Source: Gammaproteobacteria bacterium (GTDB taxonomy: Bacteria; Pseudomonadota; Gammaproteobacteria; SZUA-152). Taken from it: DNA of 64,000 nucleotides. A program made the position numbers and the translations under genes. The notes below the pieces were generated by a model, which saw only the letters and a program-made list of their open reading frames with translations, made no database searches and was not told the DNA's origin. The DNA is taken from positions 4,118 to 68,117 of the forward strand of contig DROS01000019.1 of the NCBI GenBank assembly GCA_011321815.1, written 5' to 3'. Positions 18,602 through 29,689 of the stretch are shown in pieces (position 1 is the stretch's first letter; each line of letters opens with the position of its first letter).

Positions 18602-19354
18602 ATGCATGCCGTCATCAAAATTGTCTGTTTTTTGATCTTTGGCACCGCTATGGCAATAGGCACTAAACCGCTGCTGCTGGCGGGGTTTGTGCTGGTGGTA
18701 TTGCTGTATGTATCCGAGCTTGTCCGTGGTGTGCCCACTCAGCTACATAATGCGTTGAAGATGCTCAAACGCCTGCGCTGGCTGTTTTTGTCGATTCTCG
18801 TGGTTTACCTGTTTTTTACGCCGGGAATATTGTTGTTACCTGATGTGTTATGGGGACCAACCCAGGAGGGTTTGGTGCAGGGGCTGTTACGTATTGCCGT
18901 GCTGGTGTTGATTGTTGCGGCGGTGAATGTGTTGATTGGGAGTACCGGGCAGGCTGAATTTTTATCCGCAGTGAGCTGGTGTTTACAACCGCTGTCATGG
19001 CTGGGTTTGTCCCACGAGCGACTGGCCGTGCGTATTTCGCTGACACTGGCGACGGTGGGCGTGTTGCGCGCAGCCTACCAGCATGAAGTGCGCGAAGAAA
19101 CTTCCGAAGCCGTTGCAGCTAAGTCTGTAGCGCCTCTGGCTTCAGAAGCAGAACCTTCTGAACCAAAGCTGATGGCCATTGCCAAAACTGCCCACCGCCT
19201 GTTTGCCAAAGTGATTGATGATGCGGAGCAGGCATCCTTGCAGGCCATCACTTTGCCTGAACAGTCGCGCCCGCCTTTGGTGCAGTGGGCTATCCCTGTA
19301 TTGCTGACGCTGTTGCTGCTGGCGGTAAAAATCATCATGACGGACGTAGGATAA
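18602..19354 (+). CDS. Hypothetical polytopic membrane protein of 250 aa, inserted between fimV and truA.
   Basis: It has four to five hydrophobic helices and no recognisable motif. Confidence 0.45.
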   Translation: MHAVIKIVCFLIFGTAMAIGTKPLLLAGFVLVVLLYVSELVRGVPTQLHNALKMLKRLRWLFLSILVVYLFFTPGILLLPDVLWGPTQEGLVQGLLRIAVLVLIVAAVNVLIGSTGQAEFLSAVSWCLQPLSWLGLSHERLAVRISLTLATVGVLRAAYQHEVREETSEAVAAKSVAPLASEAEPSEPKLMAIAKTAHRLFAKVIDDAEQASLQAITLPEQSRPPLVQWAIPVLLTLLLLAVKIIMTDVG

Positions 19355-19358
19355 AACG

Positions 19359-20141
19359 ATGCGCATTGCCATGGGTATCGAATACGACGGCAGTCATTTT
19401 TGCGGCTGGCAAGCCCAGAAGCAGGATGTGCCGACGGTGCAGGGCGTGCTGGAAGCGGGTTTGTCCCAGGTTGCTGACGCAGAGATAAAAGTGGTCTGTG
19501 CAGGCCGTACCGATGCGGGGGTGCATGCCTGTGGCCAGGTGATTCATTTTGAAACCAGCGCCGAGCGCAGTGAACGCTCCTGGGTGTACGGCGCCAATGC
19601 CAATATCGACAAGACGATTTCTGTGCAGTGGGCCAGACCGGTCGCCGGGGATTTTCACGCACGCTTTGGCGCCGTGCGCCGACGTTATCGCTATGTGATC
19701 GTCAATCGCGAAGTGCGCCCCACCTTTGCCGCCAAACGGGTAGCGTGGGATCATCGAGATCTGGATGAACAACGCATGCAACAGGCTGCACGACATTTGC
19801 TGGGTGAACACGACTTTAATGCCTATCGCGCTGTGGCCTGTCAGGCGCACAGTTCGGTGCGCACCCTGTATCAACTGGATGTGCAGCGCCAGGAAGACCT
19901 GATCATTATCGACCTCGAAGCCAATGCCTTTCTTCAGCATATGGTGCGTAATATCGCAGGGGTGTTGATGGCCATCGGTGCAGGCGAACAAACGGTGGAC
20001 TGGAGCCGGGAAGTGCTGGAGACCCGTGACCGCACCCAAGGTGGTGTGACCGCGCCGCCATACGGGCTTTATTTCATGAGCGTGGAATATCCGCCCGAGT
20101 TTGCTATTCCGCAGGTTTCACCGACCCGGTTGGTCTGGTAA
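19359..20141 (+). CDS. truA: tRNA pseudouridine(38-40) synthase.
   Basis: The N-terminus MRIAMGIEYDGSHFCGWQ matches the TruA family. Confidence 0.9.
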   Translation: MRIAMGIEYDGSHFCGWQAQKQDVPTVQGVLEAGLSQVADAEIKVVCAGRTDAGVHACGQVIHFETSAERSERSWVYGANANIDKTISVQWARPVAGDFHARFGAVRRRYRYVIVNREVRPTFAAKRVAWDHRDLDEQRMQQAARHLLGEHDFNAYRAVACQAHSSVRTLYQLDVQRQEDLIIIDLEANAFLQHMVRNIAGVLMAIGAGEQTVDWSREVLETRDRTQGGVTAPPYGLYFMSVEYPPEFAIPQVSPTRLVW

Positions 20142-20180
20142 TCTGCGCGATTCCTTCATCGTAATCAGTTTTCGTTACTT

Positions 20181-20810
20181 ATGGCCACTCGCATCAAAAT
20201 ATGCGGCATCACCCGCCCGGAAGACGCGCAACAGGCCGCGAAGTTGGGTGTTGATGCCATTGGTTTGGTATTTTATGGCCCCAGTCCACGTAATGTTGAT
20301 ATGCAGCAAGCCTGTGCTGTGGTGAATGCCCTGCCGCCATTTATTACCCCGGTGGGCCTGTTTGTGAATGCGACGGCGGACGAAGTCCAAGGCGTACTGG
20401 ATCGGGTCAATCTGGATTTGTTGCAGTTTCATGGTGATGAATCGCCTGAGTTTTGTGCCTGTTTCAATCGACCGTACATCAAGGCAATCCGCATGCGTGA
20501 GGATGTGGATTTGCAGATCGAGGCTGACCGGCATGCGCAAGCCCGGGGACTGTTGCTGGATGCTTATCATCCGGCCTTACCGGGAGGGACCGGAGAGTCA
20601 TTTGAATGGGCGCGGGTGCCGGGCGATTTGCCGGCATCAGTGATCCTCGCCGGAGGCCTGGATGCCGGTAATGTGAGTGAGGCCATTCGAACCGTGCAGC
20701 CATATGCTGTGGACGTGAGCGGTGGTGTTGAGGCGGAGAAAGGTGTCAAGGACTGGGGTAAAATGGCGGACTTTGTTGCCGCAGTGCGGATTGCCGACGC
20801 ATCGAATTAA
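20181..20810 (+). CDS. trpF: Phosphoribosylanthranilate isomerase.
   Basis: The N-terminus [11 protein letters not shown] and a length of 209 aa fit TrpF. Confidence 0.9.
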   Translation: MATRIKICGITRPEDAQQAAKLGVDAIGLVFYGPSPRNVDMQQACAVVNALPPFITPVGLFVNATADEVQGVLDRVNLDLLQFHGDESPEFCACFNRPYIKAIRMREDVDLQIEADRHAQARGLLLDAYHPALPGGTGESFEWARVPGDLPASVILAGGLDAGNVSEAIRTVQPYAVDVSGGVEAEKGVKDWGKMADFVAAVRIADASN

Positions 20811-20893
20811 GGACCGTGCGCGTGCCTGAATGGGTATGTTTGCTCAAGGCCGGTGTAATAAATGCAAAGAACGCAAAGAAAAAATTATTTTGT

Positions 20894-22153
20894 ATGAAAT
20901 ACGAATCAAAGGTAGCGAATGTGTCACAGCCAGAGAATATGAAAGTGGGAGATAAACTCATCGGTCAGGCGCCGGATGATCGCGGTCATTTTGGTATTTA
21001 CGGCGGTAAATTCGTCGCCGAAACCCTGATGGTGCCGTTACAGGAATTGCAGGATGCCTATGAACAATACCTCACTGATCCCGACTTCATCGCTGAGCTG
21101 GATGCCGATTTACAAAACTATGTAGGCCGTCCCTCACCGTTGTATCTGGCCGAAGGCTGGACCCGTTACCTCGGCGGTGCGCAGATTTATCTCAAACGCG
21201 AAGACCTCAATCACACCGGTGCGCACAAGGTGAACAACACCATCGGCCAGGCACTGCTGGCCAAACGTTTGGGCAAAACCCGCATTATTGCCGAGACCGG
21301 TGCAGGCCAGCACGGTGTTGCCACAGCCACTGTTGCTGCGCGGCTGGGATTGAAATGCGTGATCTACATGGGCGCAGTAGACATCGCCCGACAGGCCATC
21401 AATGTTTATCGCATGAAGCTACTGGGTGCAGAAGTGGTGTCTGTAGACTCCGGCTCGAAGACACTCAAAGACGCGCTCAACGAAGCCATGCGGGACTGGG
21501 TGACCAATATCGATGATACTTTTTATATCATCGGCACTGTTGCAGGGCCGCACCCGTATCCGGCCATGGTGCGTGATTTTCAGGCCATTATTGGTCGTGA
21601 GGCACGGCAGCAGATTCAGCAGCAGGCCGGACGATTGCCGGATGCACTGATCGCTTGCGTGGGAGGGGGCTCCAATGCCATTGGTTTGTTTTATCCCTTT
21701 CTGGATGACAAGGAAGTGACTATCCATGGTGTCGAAGCGGCGGGTGACGGGCTGGACTCCGGCCGGCATGCCGCGCCACTGTGTGCCGGCCGCCCCGGTG
21801 TGCTGCATGGCAATCGGACCTATTTGATGGAAGATGACGATGGTCAGATCATCGAAACGCATTCCGTATCCGCCGGGCTGGATTACCCCGGGGTTGGCCC
21901 CGAGCATGCCTGGTTAAAAGACATTGGTCGTGCCGAGTACGTGGCTATCAACGATGATGAAGCCCTGCAAGCCTTTCACGACCTGACCCGTATCGAAGGT
22001 ATTATTCCTGCACTGGAGTCCAGCCATGCGCTGGCCTATGCCACCAAACTGGCACCCACCATGGACAAGGATCAAATTATTATCGTCAATCTTTCCGGTC
22101 GGGGTGACAAAGATATTCATACCGTGGCAGCGCTGGAAGGCATTGAGGTTTGA
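20894..22153 (+). CDS. trpB: Tryptophan synthase beta chain. The start is uncertain, either 20894 or 20939.
   Basis: A PLP-enzyme motif is present (HTGAHKVNN). The ORF track start at 20816 overlaps a repeat half-element. Confidence 0.9.
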   Translation: MKYESKVANVSQPENMKVGDKLIGQAPDDRGHFGIYGGKFVAETLMVPLQELQDAYEQYLTDPDFIAELDADLQNYVGRPSPLYLAEGWTRYLGGAQIYLKREDLNHTGAHKVNNTIGQALLAKRLGKTRIIAETGAGQHGVATATVAARLGLKCVIYMGAVDIARQAINVYRMKLLGAEVVSVDSGSKTLKDALNEAMRDWVTNIDDTFYIIGTVAGPHPYPAMVRDFQAIIGREARQQIQQQAGRLPDALIACVGGGSNAIGLFYPFLDDKEVTIHGVEAAGDGLDSGRHAAPLCAGRPGVLHGNRTYLMEDDDGQIIETHSVSAGLDYPGVGPEHAWLKDIGRAEYVAINDDEALQAFHDLTRIEGIIPALESSHALAYATKLAPTMDKDQIIIVNLSGRGDKDIHTVAALEGIEV

Positions 22154-22320
22154 ATTTGATTTTAAGTAATTACCCAGCCTGTTTTTTTAGAAGTGTGTAA
22201 CACTATCAGGCTGAGTGTTATAAACGCAAAGCCAGCGGATTACAAAATAACTTCTTGATTTGTATTTAAAAATTCAGACGGAGTTACGACTTTATAGTCA
22301 TTTATTTGATTGGGAAAAAC

Positions 22321-23124
22321 ATGAGCCGTATCAAAAACTGTTTCGACAAACTAAAAACGAAAAACCGCAAAGCACTCATTCCCTACGTGACAGCAGGCGA
22401 CCCTGACCCCGGCATCACCGTACCGCTGATGCACGCCATGGTTAGCGCTGGTGCGGACATTATCGAACTGGGTGTGCCATTTTCCGACCCCATGGCTGAC
22501 GGCCCGGTGATCCAACGCGCCGCCGAACGGGCCTTGGCACACCACGTCAGCCTGCGCGATGTGTTGGCCATGGTGGCCGAATTTCGCCAGCAGGATAACG
22601 CCACGCCCGTGGTACTCATGGGTTACCTCAACCCGGTGGAGGTGATGGGGTACGCAGTCTTTGCCGAAGCCGCCATACAGGCTGGCGTCGATGGCGTGCT
22701 TACCGTTGATTTGCCGCCCGAAGAAGCCGACGAATTGGTGGCTGCACTCAAATCACAACAACTCGACCCCATTTTCCTGCTGGCGCCCACCTCGGACGAC
22801 GAACGCATCAAGCTCATTTGCGCAGCCGCCAGCGGCTACGTTTATTACGTCGCAGTGAAAGGCGTCACTGGTGCAGGCAATCTCGATGTACGGGCGGTAG
22901 CGGACAAGCTGGCGCAGATTCGCAAACACACTGATTTGCCAGTGGGTGTCGGTTTTGGTATCAAGGATGCTGAATCAGCCGCCGCCATTGCCGCTGTAGC
23001 CGATGCTGTCGTGGCAGGCAGCGCCCTGGTGCAAAAAATAGAGCAGGCCGCTGCTCAACACGATAGAATCAAAACGGAAATTGCCGGGTTGCTGATGCAG
23101 ATGCGGGCGGGAATGGATGTATAA
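22321..23124 (+). CDS. trpA: Tryptophan synthase alpha chain.
   Basis: The N-terminus [12 protein letters not shown]...[11 protein letters not shown] fits TrpA. The gene follows trpB. Confidence 0.9.
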   Translation: MSRIKNCFDKLKTKNRKALIPYVTAGDPDPGITVPLMHAMVSAGADIIELGVPFSDPMADGPVIQRAAERALAHHVSLRDVLAMVAEFRQQDNATPVVLMGYLNPVEVMGYAVFAEAAIQAGVDGVLTVDLPPEEADELVAALKSQQLDPIFLLAPTSDDERIKLICAAASGYVYYVAVKGVTGAGNLDVRAVADKLAQIRKHTDLPVGVGFGIKDAESAAAIAAVADAVVAGSALVQKIEQAAAQHDRIKTEIAGLLMQMRAGMDV

Positions 23125-23213
23125 AAACCGTTAGATAAAATAAAAACGTACATGGCATTTTTGTACAAATTGTCCATGTACGCTCCTGACTGAATATAGA
23201 GTGTAAAAACACG

Positions 23214-24074
23214 ATGAGCTGGCTAAAAAAACTAATCCCGTCAAGAATCAGCACCCAAAGCGGCCAGAAAAAAGCTGTGCCGGAAGGTATCTGGGCCAAA
23301 TGTACAGCGTGCAGCGCAGTATTGTATCGCGCAGAACTGGAACGCAACCTGGATGTTTGTCCCAAGTGCGACCATCATATGCGCATAGGCGCGCGTCGTC
23401 GTCTGGACATTTTTCTCGATGAAGAACCGCGCGAGGAAATCGGCGCAGAAGTCGTGCCGGTTGACGCACTTAAATTTAAAGACGTTAAAAAATATAAAGA
23501 CCGCCTGACCCAGGCACAAAAAGCCACAGGAGAGACAGATGCCCTGGTGAGTATGATGGGGCAGGTACAGGGAGTGCCGCTGGTGGCAACGGCCTTCGAA
23601 TTCAAATTCATGGGCGGTTCCATGGGCTCAGTGGTGGGCGAGCGTTTTGTGCGTGCGGTGAATACCTCCCTGGAGCACAACATTCCGCTGGTGTGTTTCT
23701 CCGCCAGCGGTGGCGCACGCATGCAGGAAGCACTGTTTTCGCTGATGCAAATGGCCAAGACCAGCGCAGCCCTGGCGAAACTCAGTAAACAGGGTATTCC
23801 GTTTGTGTCCGTGCTGACTGATCCCACCATGGGCGGGGTATCGGCCAGTCTGGCCATGCTGGGTGATGTACATATTGCCGAGCCCAAAGCGCTGATTGGT
23901 TTTGCCGGACCGAAGGTCATTGAGCAGACCGTGCGCCAAACCCTGCCGGAAGGTTTTCAACGCAGCGAGTTTTTACAGGAAAAAGGCGCGGTGGACATGG
24001 TGATTGACCGACGCGACCTGCGCGACCGTATTGCCAATTTATTGGCCATCTTAACGGGACAGCCAGCGCCTTAA
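23214..24074 (+). CDS. accD: Acetyl-CoA carboxylase carboxyltransferase beta subunit.
   Basis: An N-terminal Zn ribbon is present (CTACSAVLY...CPKCDHH), followed by a carboxyltransferase domain. Confidence 0.9.
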   Translation: MSWLKKLIPSRISTQSGQKKAVPEGIWAKCTACSAVLYRAELERNLDVCPKCDHHMRIGARRRLDIFLDEEPREEIGAEVVPVDALKFKDVKKYKDRLTQAQKATGETDALVSMMGQVQGVPLVATAFEFKFMGGSMGSVVGERFVRAVNTSLEHNIPLVCFSASGGARMQEALFSLMQMAKTSAALAKLSKQGIPFVSVLTDPTMGGVSASLAMLGDVHIAEPKALIGFAGPKVIEQTVRQTLPEGFQRSEFLQEKGAVDMVIDRRDLRDRIANLLAILTGQPAP

Positions 24075-24149
24075 AAACAGACGTCAGGAAAACCACGGCC
24101 CAGAATCAGTCTTTACTGTTTGTTATATTTACAACCCAAACAATAAATC

Positions 24150-24455
24150 ATGACCACCGCCTCAGCCCGCGCGATCCCCGACGGCATCGACTACCATTTT
24201 GCGAAAGAATCACAGACTGTTGACGCACTGATAAACTCGCTTTACGCCAGCCCTTCCAAGCTGGCTGTTGAGCACGTCAAGGCGATTAACAGCCATCTGA
24301 AAGCCGGACAGGTTCAGGCCGGACAGCTGATGATTGTCACACCCCGAACAGCCAACAATGCAGCCGTTTCGAGGCAGATCACGAAGCGTGTACCATTGGT
24401 GCGGATTTGTCGTGTGGCAAGACCACTGCGGGTGATGTTGGAAAAAACGCGGTGA
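24150..24455 (+). CDS. Hypothetical protein of 101 aa at the edge of an AT-rich insertion.
   Basis: Only the ORF supports this call. I recognise no domain. Confidence 0.25.
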   Translation: MTTASARAIPDGIDYHFAKESQTVDALINSLYASPSKLAVEHVKAINSHLKAGQVQAGQLMIVTPRTANNAAVSRQITKRVPLVRICRVARPLRVMLEKTR

Positions 24456-25009
24456 AAGAGTGTATGACACAATCTGTCAGTGTCATCTGATGGAAATGCC
24501 AGAGTTAATACTTACCGTTATTTTTTTGGGCGTGATAACAGGAATTTTAATGATTGTGCTGCTGTTTTATATTGGCCGCACCTGCATTAAAGAAATTGAC
24601 TATGAACTTTTTATCTACTAACGACATTTACCATCCTTAGCGGATTATTCTTACCCAAGCAAAGGACCGGATAGCGATTATATTATTGTTAAGTCCTGGC
24701 GAAATTTCGGTACGGAGAAATTGTCAGTCAGCCAGTCTTTTTATAATTTACCGGTAAAACGAATTAACAAGACAGTAAACATATTGACGAAGGTCGGTGC
24801 GTTTAATGTGGCGTGGTTGTATGGCTGTCGTTTTGATGGTGAAACACCCCGATTAAAGCATAAGTGGGAATCGCATTATTTCGTGCAAGTTCTTTAGAAG
24901 CTTTCGTATTGTTTTCTGGTTTGCATGAAGCGATATGTCTATACGGTATGGGTGAATTCTTCTAGAATGCAGCTTTTAGCTTGGCTGGGCAATTTTTTGG
25001 TGCTGAACG

Positions 25010-27136
25010 ATGACTAAAATAACTGATAACAGACAATCCCCTACCAATATGGATGCCCACAAAAAAACCTCAGATTGTGATTCGTTGTTGAAACTCTGGA
25101 ATTTGCGCATTCTGACCCGGTTGAATGTATTCAACCGGTTTTTTGATCGTTATGGTGGTCTGCATGACCCGGAAACGATGCATGTTTTGGGTTTGTCAGC
25201 GTTTTTACATGACGAAAATGTTGGTAAAAAAGACATATTTTCCAATCTGTCCAATACATTAAAATCACTGGAAAGTGATACGCTGACCTCTCCCCAGGAT
25301 GTTTTTTCCGTCAATATTTCAGTTCTTCAAAAATCGTTAAATCTGACACAGTGTGAGATCGATATATTGCGGTTTGTCATCGTATCGGGTTCGTCTGCGG
25401 GGTTTAATATGGTGGTCGAGACGCTTGGGGAAATGAGCAATGAACAAATCAGGAACAGCCTGTCGATAATCCTGAATGTTCCCCGCAATGAGATTGATAA
25501 TGCCATGCGCACCAATGGTACATTGATATCTTCGGGCTTGTTGCGCATCAATACCAGTGGCCACTATATGCATTCATTGCAGCAGTGCTTTGATGTCCCA
25601 CACAGTATCAAATATGCCTTGACTCAGGAGCAGAATAATCCCGGGGCAATATTACAATGTTTTTTTAAAATGGTGGATCAGTCGCACCTGTCAATTGAAG
25701 ACTTCCCTCACTTAACAGCCGATATTGATCTATTGACATGCTATTTACAGTCAGCTGAAAAGAAAAACATTCAGGGGATTAACGTATTGATATACGGTGA
25801 ACCCGGCACAGGTAAAACCGAGCTGGTGAAAACCTTAAGCCAGTACTGCGGGTTTGAGTTATACGAAATCACCATGCAGGATATGGAAGGTAATCCCATT
25901 GATGGAAAAGACCGTTTTGCTGCTTATCAGCTGACTCAGAAAATGTTGGCCAATAAAGAAAAATCAGCCATTTTGTTTGATGAAATAGAAGATGCTTTTC
26001 CTGATGTGAATTTCAGCCCGTTTGGTCATGTGACACGCCCTGATTTCAAAAAAGCCTGGGTGCATCAATTGTTGGAGGAAAATTCAATCCCTGCATTCTG
26101 GTTGTGTAACAGTGTGGTGCAATTGGATGATTCGGTGTTACGTCGTTTTGATTTTGTTCTGAATTTACGTTCTCCCACACGTAATATCCGCCGGCGTATT
26201 CTCGACAAATACCTCGGTCACCTGAATTTGAGTGAAGCATGGTTGGCGCAAATGGCGGAACATGAGCATTTGGTGCCGGCACATGCTGAGAGCGCCGCTA
26301 AAATTGCAGCTCATCTGAATGATGGAAACACAAAGGCGCTGGAGAAAAACCTGGAAAGGATTATTGGTAATAAACTACAAGTTCTGGGATTATCCCGTAA
26401 GCCCCGCACGGTTATCAGTCGTGAAACCCGCTATAGCCTTGAGTACCTGAATCCAGACCAGGATCTGGAGGCGTTAACCAGGGGGTTGCAACAAAATCAC
26501 CAGGCACGTATTTGTCTGTATGGTGCACCAGGTACCGGAAAAACAGCTTTTGCACATTATGTTGCGGAACAGCTGGACAAACCCTTGCTTAAAAAACAGG
26601 CTTCGGACATTCTCAGCAAATGGGTGGGGGAAGCAGAACAAAATATCGCTGCCATGTTTGATGAGGCTGAGGCTGACGACATGGTGTTGCTTGTTGATGA
26701 AGTGGATAGTTTTCTGCTGGATCGCGGTTCCTCTCAGAACTCATGGGAGATCACCCAGGTTAATGAATTATTGGTTCAAATGGAAAGCTTCAATGGCGTG
26801 TTTATTGCCTCTACAAATTTACTGAATCTTGTGGATGCTGCATCGTTACGCCGTTTCGATCTGAAGATAAAATTTGACTGCATGAAGCCCCAGCAGGCGT
26901 GGGCGCTGTTTCTGCAAATATTGGAAGAGCATGGCTGTACCGTTGAGGATGAAATGAAGCACTGGAAAACAGCGCTGGCGCGGTTCGATAATCTTACGCC
27001 TGGGGATTTTGCGACAGTCGTGCGCCAGTCCCGAAGCCTGAATAAAGCGATTCACCCGCGTTATTTATTGAATGCGCTGGAAAAGGAATGCAGGGCCAAG
27101 CCGGGCGCCGGAAAATCTATCGGGTTTATGGGTTGA
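25010..27136 (+). CDS. Tandem AAA+ ATPase of 708 aa with two classical AAA modules (GEPGTGKT...ILFDEIED...RRFD, then GAPGTGKT...LLVDEVD...STN...RRFD). An N-terminal domain of ~240 aa has unknown function.
   Basis: Walker A, Walker B, sensor-1 and RRFD motifs can be read twice in the translation. The gene lies in an AT-rich insertion between accD and folC. Confidence 0.75.
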   Translation: MTKITDNRQSPTNMDAHKKTSDCDSLLKLWNLRILTRLNVFNRFFDRYGGLHDPETMHVLGLSAFLHDENVGKKDIFSNLSNTLKSLESDTLTSPQDVFSVNISVLQKSLNLTQCEIDILRFVIVSGSSAGFNMVVETLGEMSNEQIRNSLSIILNVPRNEIDNAMRTNGTLISSGLLRINTSGHYMHSLQQCFDVPHSIKYALTQEQNNPGAILQCFFKMVDQSHLSIEDFPHLTADIDLLTCYLQSAEKKNIQGINVLIYGEPGTGKTELVKTLSQYCGFELYEITMQDMEGNPIDGKDRFAAYQLTQKMLANKEKSAILFDEIEDAFPDVNFSPFGHVTRPDFKKAWVHQLLEENSIPAFWLCNSVVQLDDSVLRRFDFVLNLRSPTRNIRRRILDKYLGHLNLSEAWLAQMAEHEHLVPAHAESAAKIAAHLNDGNTKALEKNLERIIGNKLQVLGLSRKPRTVISRETRYSLEYLNPDQDLEALTRGLQQNHQARICLYGAPGTGKTAFAHYVAEQLDKPLLKKQASDILSKWVGEAEQNIAAMFDEAEADDMVLLVDEVDSFLLDRGSSQNSWEITQVNELLVQMESFNGVFIASTNLLNLVDAASLRRFDLKIKFDCMKPQQAWALFLQILEEHGCTVEDEMKHWKTALARFDNLTPGDFATVVRQSRSLNKAIHPRYLLNALEKECRAKPGAGKSIGFMG

Positions 27137-27157
27137 CAATCTGTGTTTTACGTTTAG

Positions 27158-28459
27158 ATGCGCTTTAATACCCTTAAAGACTGGTTGACGTGGCAGGAGA
27201 CGCTGCACCCCGTAGAAATTGATCTTGGGCTGGAACGGGCAAGTGCTGTGCTGACGCGGCTGAAACTTAGCCAGCCTGGTTTTACATTGATTACAGTGGC
27301 TGGAACCAATGGCAAAGGCTCCAGTGTGGCGATGCTGGAAGCTGTTTTACTTGCTGCCGGTTACCGTGTCGGCAGTTACACCTCGCCACATTTGTTGCGT
27401 TACAACGAGCGCATCAAACTTGCGGGCAAACCGGTAGATGATGCCACGCTGTGCGCGTCTTTCGAGCGTATTGATCAGGCCCGTGCAGATGTCCGTTTGA
27501 CCTACTTTGAATTTGGCACCCTTGCTGCTATTGATATTCTGCACCGTGCCGGGGTGGATGTGGCTATCCTCGAAGTGGGGCTGGGTGGACGGCTGGATGC
27601 GGTGAATATACTGGATGCCGATGTGGCATTGATCACCGCCATTGGCGTGGATCATGTGGATTGGCTGGGCGGTGACCGCGAGACCATTGCCCGTGAAAAG
27701 GCGGGCATTTTGCGTGCCGGCCAGCCAGCCGTATGTGCTGATCCGCTACCGCCGGCATCGCTGTTGTCGGTGGCGGAGTCGCTGGGGACATTGTTATCGC
27801 TGTTGGGGAAGGACTTTTTTCTTGAAAGGTTTGTCGAAAGGTCTGGTGGGCAAAAGGTTGACGGCTGGCGCTGGCGCAACTCACAGCACCGTTTTGAGAA
27901 TTTACCTCTGCCCGCTTTGCCAGGTGACTTTCAGTTGAACAATGCAGCGGGTGTACTGGCGGTATTATCATGCCTGAGAGCGGACTTCCCTGTGGATGCT
28001 GCGGCTATTGCGCGAGGTTTGCGATCAGTGTCGCTGCCAGGGCGCTTTCAAATTATACCGGGTATGCCGTTGCAGATTTTTGATGTGGCCCATAATGCTC
28101 AAAGTGCGCAGGCACTCGCCAATAATCTGCTGTGTCAGGATTGCCAGGGCCGCACATTTGCCGTGCTGGGTATGTTGGCGGACAAGGATATCGATGCCGT
28201 GGTAGAACAGCTATGCTCTGTAGTGGACCATTGGTATCTGGCGCCCTTGCCAGTACCCCGTGCGGCCCCGGTGGGGCAGTTACAGGCTGCGTTGCTGGCC
28301 AGGCCAACGGAAACCGCAACCCGCAGTGTTTCAATAGACATTTTTAATGATGTTGCCGCGGCCTATCAGGCAGCACTGGCGGCCGGTGCGGCAGAGGATC
28401 GTATTGTTGTGACTGGATCGTTTTATACAGTGGCGGCGGTGCTGGGCGAGGCAGTATAA
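27158..28459 (+). CDS. folC: Bifunctional folylpolyglutamate synthase / dihydrofolate synthase.
   Basis: The P-loop reads ITVAGTNGKGSS, placing it in the Mur-ligase family. It lies in the accD-folC-dedD-cvpA-purF order. Confidence 0.9.
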   Translation: MRFNTLKDWLTWQETLHPVEIDLGLERASAVLTRLKLSQPGFTLITVAGTNGKGSSVAMLEAVLLAAGYRVGSYTSPHLLRYNERIKLAGKPVDDATLCASFERIDQARADVRLTYFEFGTLAAIDILHRAGVDVAILEVGLGGRLDAVNILDADVALITAIGVDHVDWLGGDRETIAREKAGILRAGQPAVCADPLPPASLLSVAESLGTLLSLLGKDFFLERFVERSGGQKVDGWRWRNSQHRFENLPLPALPGDFQLNNAAGVLAVLSCLRADFPVDAAAIARGLRSVSLPGRFQIIPGMPLQIFDVAHNAQSAQALANNLLCQDCQGRTFAVLGMLADKDIDAVVEQLCSVVDHWYLAPLPVPRAAPVGQLQAALLARPTETATRSVSIDIFNDVAAAYQAALAAGAAEDRIVVTGSFYTVAAVLGEAV

Positions 28460-28488
28460 TCACGCTTCATTGGGTACCGAGGCATTTT

Positions 28489-29130
28489 GTGAATATTCAA
28501 CTCAAGCAGCGATTAGTGGGTGCGGTGGTGCTGGTAGCGCTGGCGGTGATTTTTATCCCCATGTTGTTGCCGGGCAAGGGTAACCTTGGCGGTGGTATTG
28601 ACGGCAGCAATATTCCCCCTGAACCGGATTTTCGGTTCCCGCCTGTACCTGCTGCCCCCAAAGCGCCACCGGTGGCGGCGGTGCCTGTGGTGCCCCTGGG
28701 GGATAGTGATGATGTTGAGCCTCCCGCCATATCTGACAAATCTGCCCCGGTGGAAAAAACGGCGGGCCAATCTCCGCCAAAACCTCCGGTAAACGCTGTA
28801 GTGAAAACGCCGGCGAAGCCGCCGGCAAAACCGGTTTCATCGCCCGCAACAAAGGCTGCACCGGCCAAGGTCAAGCCTGTTGAATCCGGGCAGGTGAGTG
28901 GCTGGGTGGTACAGGTGGGCAGTTTCTCGGCACGTAACAATGCCCGGGCATTACGCGACAAGTTGCGCAAACAGGGATATGCCAGTTTTGTGGAACCGGT
29001 TCAGGGCGCGTCTGGCCGCGTATATCGGGTACGTGTAGGACCGGAACTCAGCAAGGCGGCAGCCGACAAGCTACGCCAGCGCCTGGCCAAAAAGCCAGGC
29101 TTGCAGGGATTGGTACAGGCCTACCCTTGA
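28489..29130 (+). CDS. dedD: DedD-like SPOR-domain cell-division protein with a GTG start.
   Basis: It has an N-terminal TM segment, a Pro/Ala-rich linker and a C-terminal SPOR domain (GWVVQVGSFSARNNARALRDKLRKQGY...YRVRVGP). Confidence 0.7.
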   Translation: MNIQLKQRLVGAVVLVALAVIFIPMLLPGKGNLGGGIDGSNIPPEPDFRFPPVPAAPKAPPVAAVPVVPLGDSDDVEPPAISDKSAPVEKTAGQSPPKPPVNAVVKTPAKPPAKPVSSPATKAAPAKVKPVESGQVSGWVVQVGSFSARNNARALRDKLRKQGYASFVEPVQGASGRVYRVRVGPELSKAAADKLRQRLAKKPGLQGLVQAYP

Positions 29131-29146
29131 GGAACCTGGTGCAATT

Positions 29147-29638
29147 ATGATTTGGGTCGACATAGTTATTCCCGGCGTCATCATCATCTCCGCGTTGTTT
29201 AGCCTGATGCGGGGGTTTGTGCGGGAGGCGCTGTCACTGTTGGGTTGGCTGGCCGCTTTTTGGATTGCGTTGACATTTGCCAGGGATTTTGCCGATTTAT
29301 TGCTGACCGGTATTTCTGCCCCCTCAGTGCGCATGGTGGTGTCATTCACCATCCTGTTTGTAGTGACACTGGTGATTGCCGCACTGGTCAATCGTCTGGC
29401 GGGCTCGTTGGTGGCGAAGACGGGGCTGACCAGCACAGATCGCATGATCGGCATGATTTTTGGTGTTGCCCGTGGCGTGGTGGTGGTGGCAGTGCTGGTG
29501 TTGCTGGCAAGCATGACGACCATTCCCCAGGACCCCTGGTGGCGGGAATCGGCACTGATTGATGTGTTTCACAAACTGGCGCTGTGGTTACGGTACACCG
29601 TAGCGCCGGAACTGACGAGTAATGTTATCCCTGGCTGA
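29147..29638 (+). CDS. cvpA: Colicin V production membrane protein.
   Basis: The four-TM CvpA family lies immediately upstream of purF. Confidence 0.85.
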   Translation: MIWVDIVIPGVIIISALFSLMRGFVREALSLLGWLAAFWIALTFARDFADLLLTGISAPSVRMVVSFTILFVVTLVIAALVNRLAGSLVAKTGLTSTDRMIGMIFGVARGVVVVAVLVLLASMTTIPQDPWWRESALIDVFHKLALWLRYTVAPELTSNVIPG

Positions 29639-29689
29639 TCCGGGCAAACAGGATCAGCAAATAATGAAAGCTTTGATGAGGTATTTTGC

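Noticed and set aside
23140-23185. A hairpin (cgtacatgg...ccatgtacg) after trpA as a possible terminator.
   Set aside because: No T-run follows and the loop is long. It may be a weak structural element, but I did not call it.
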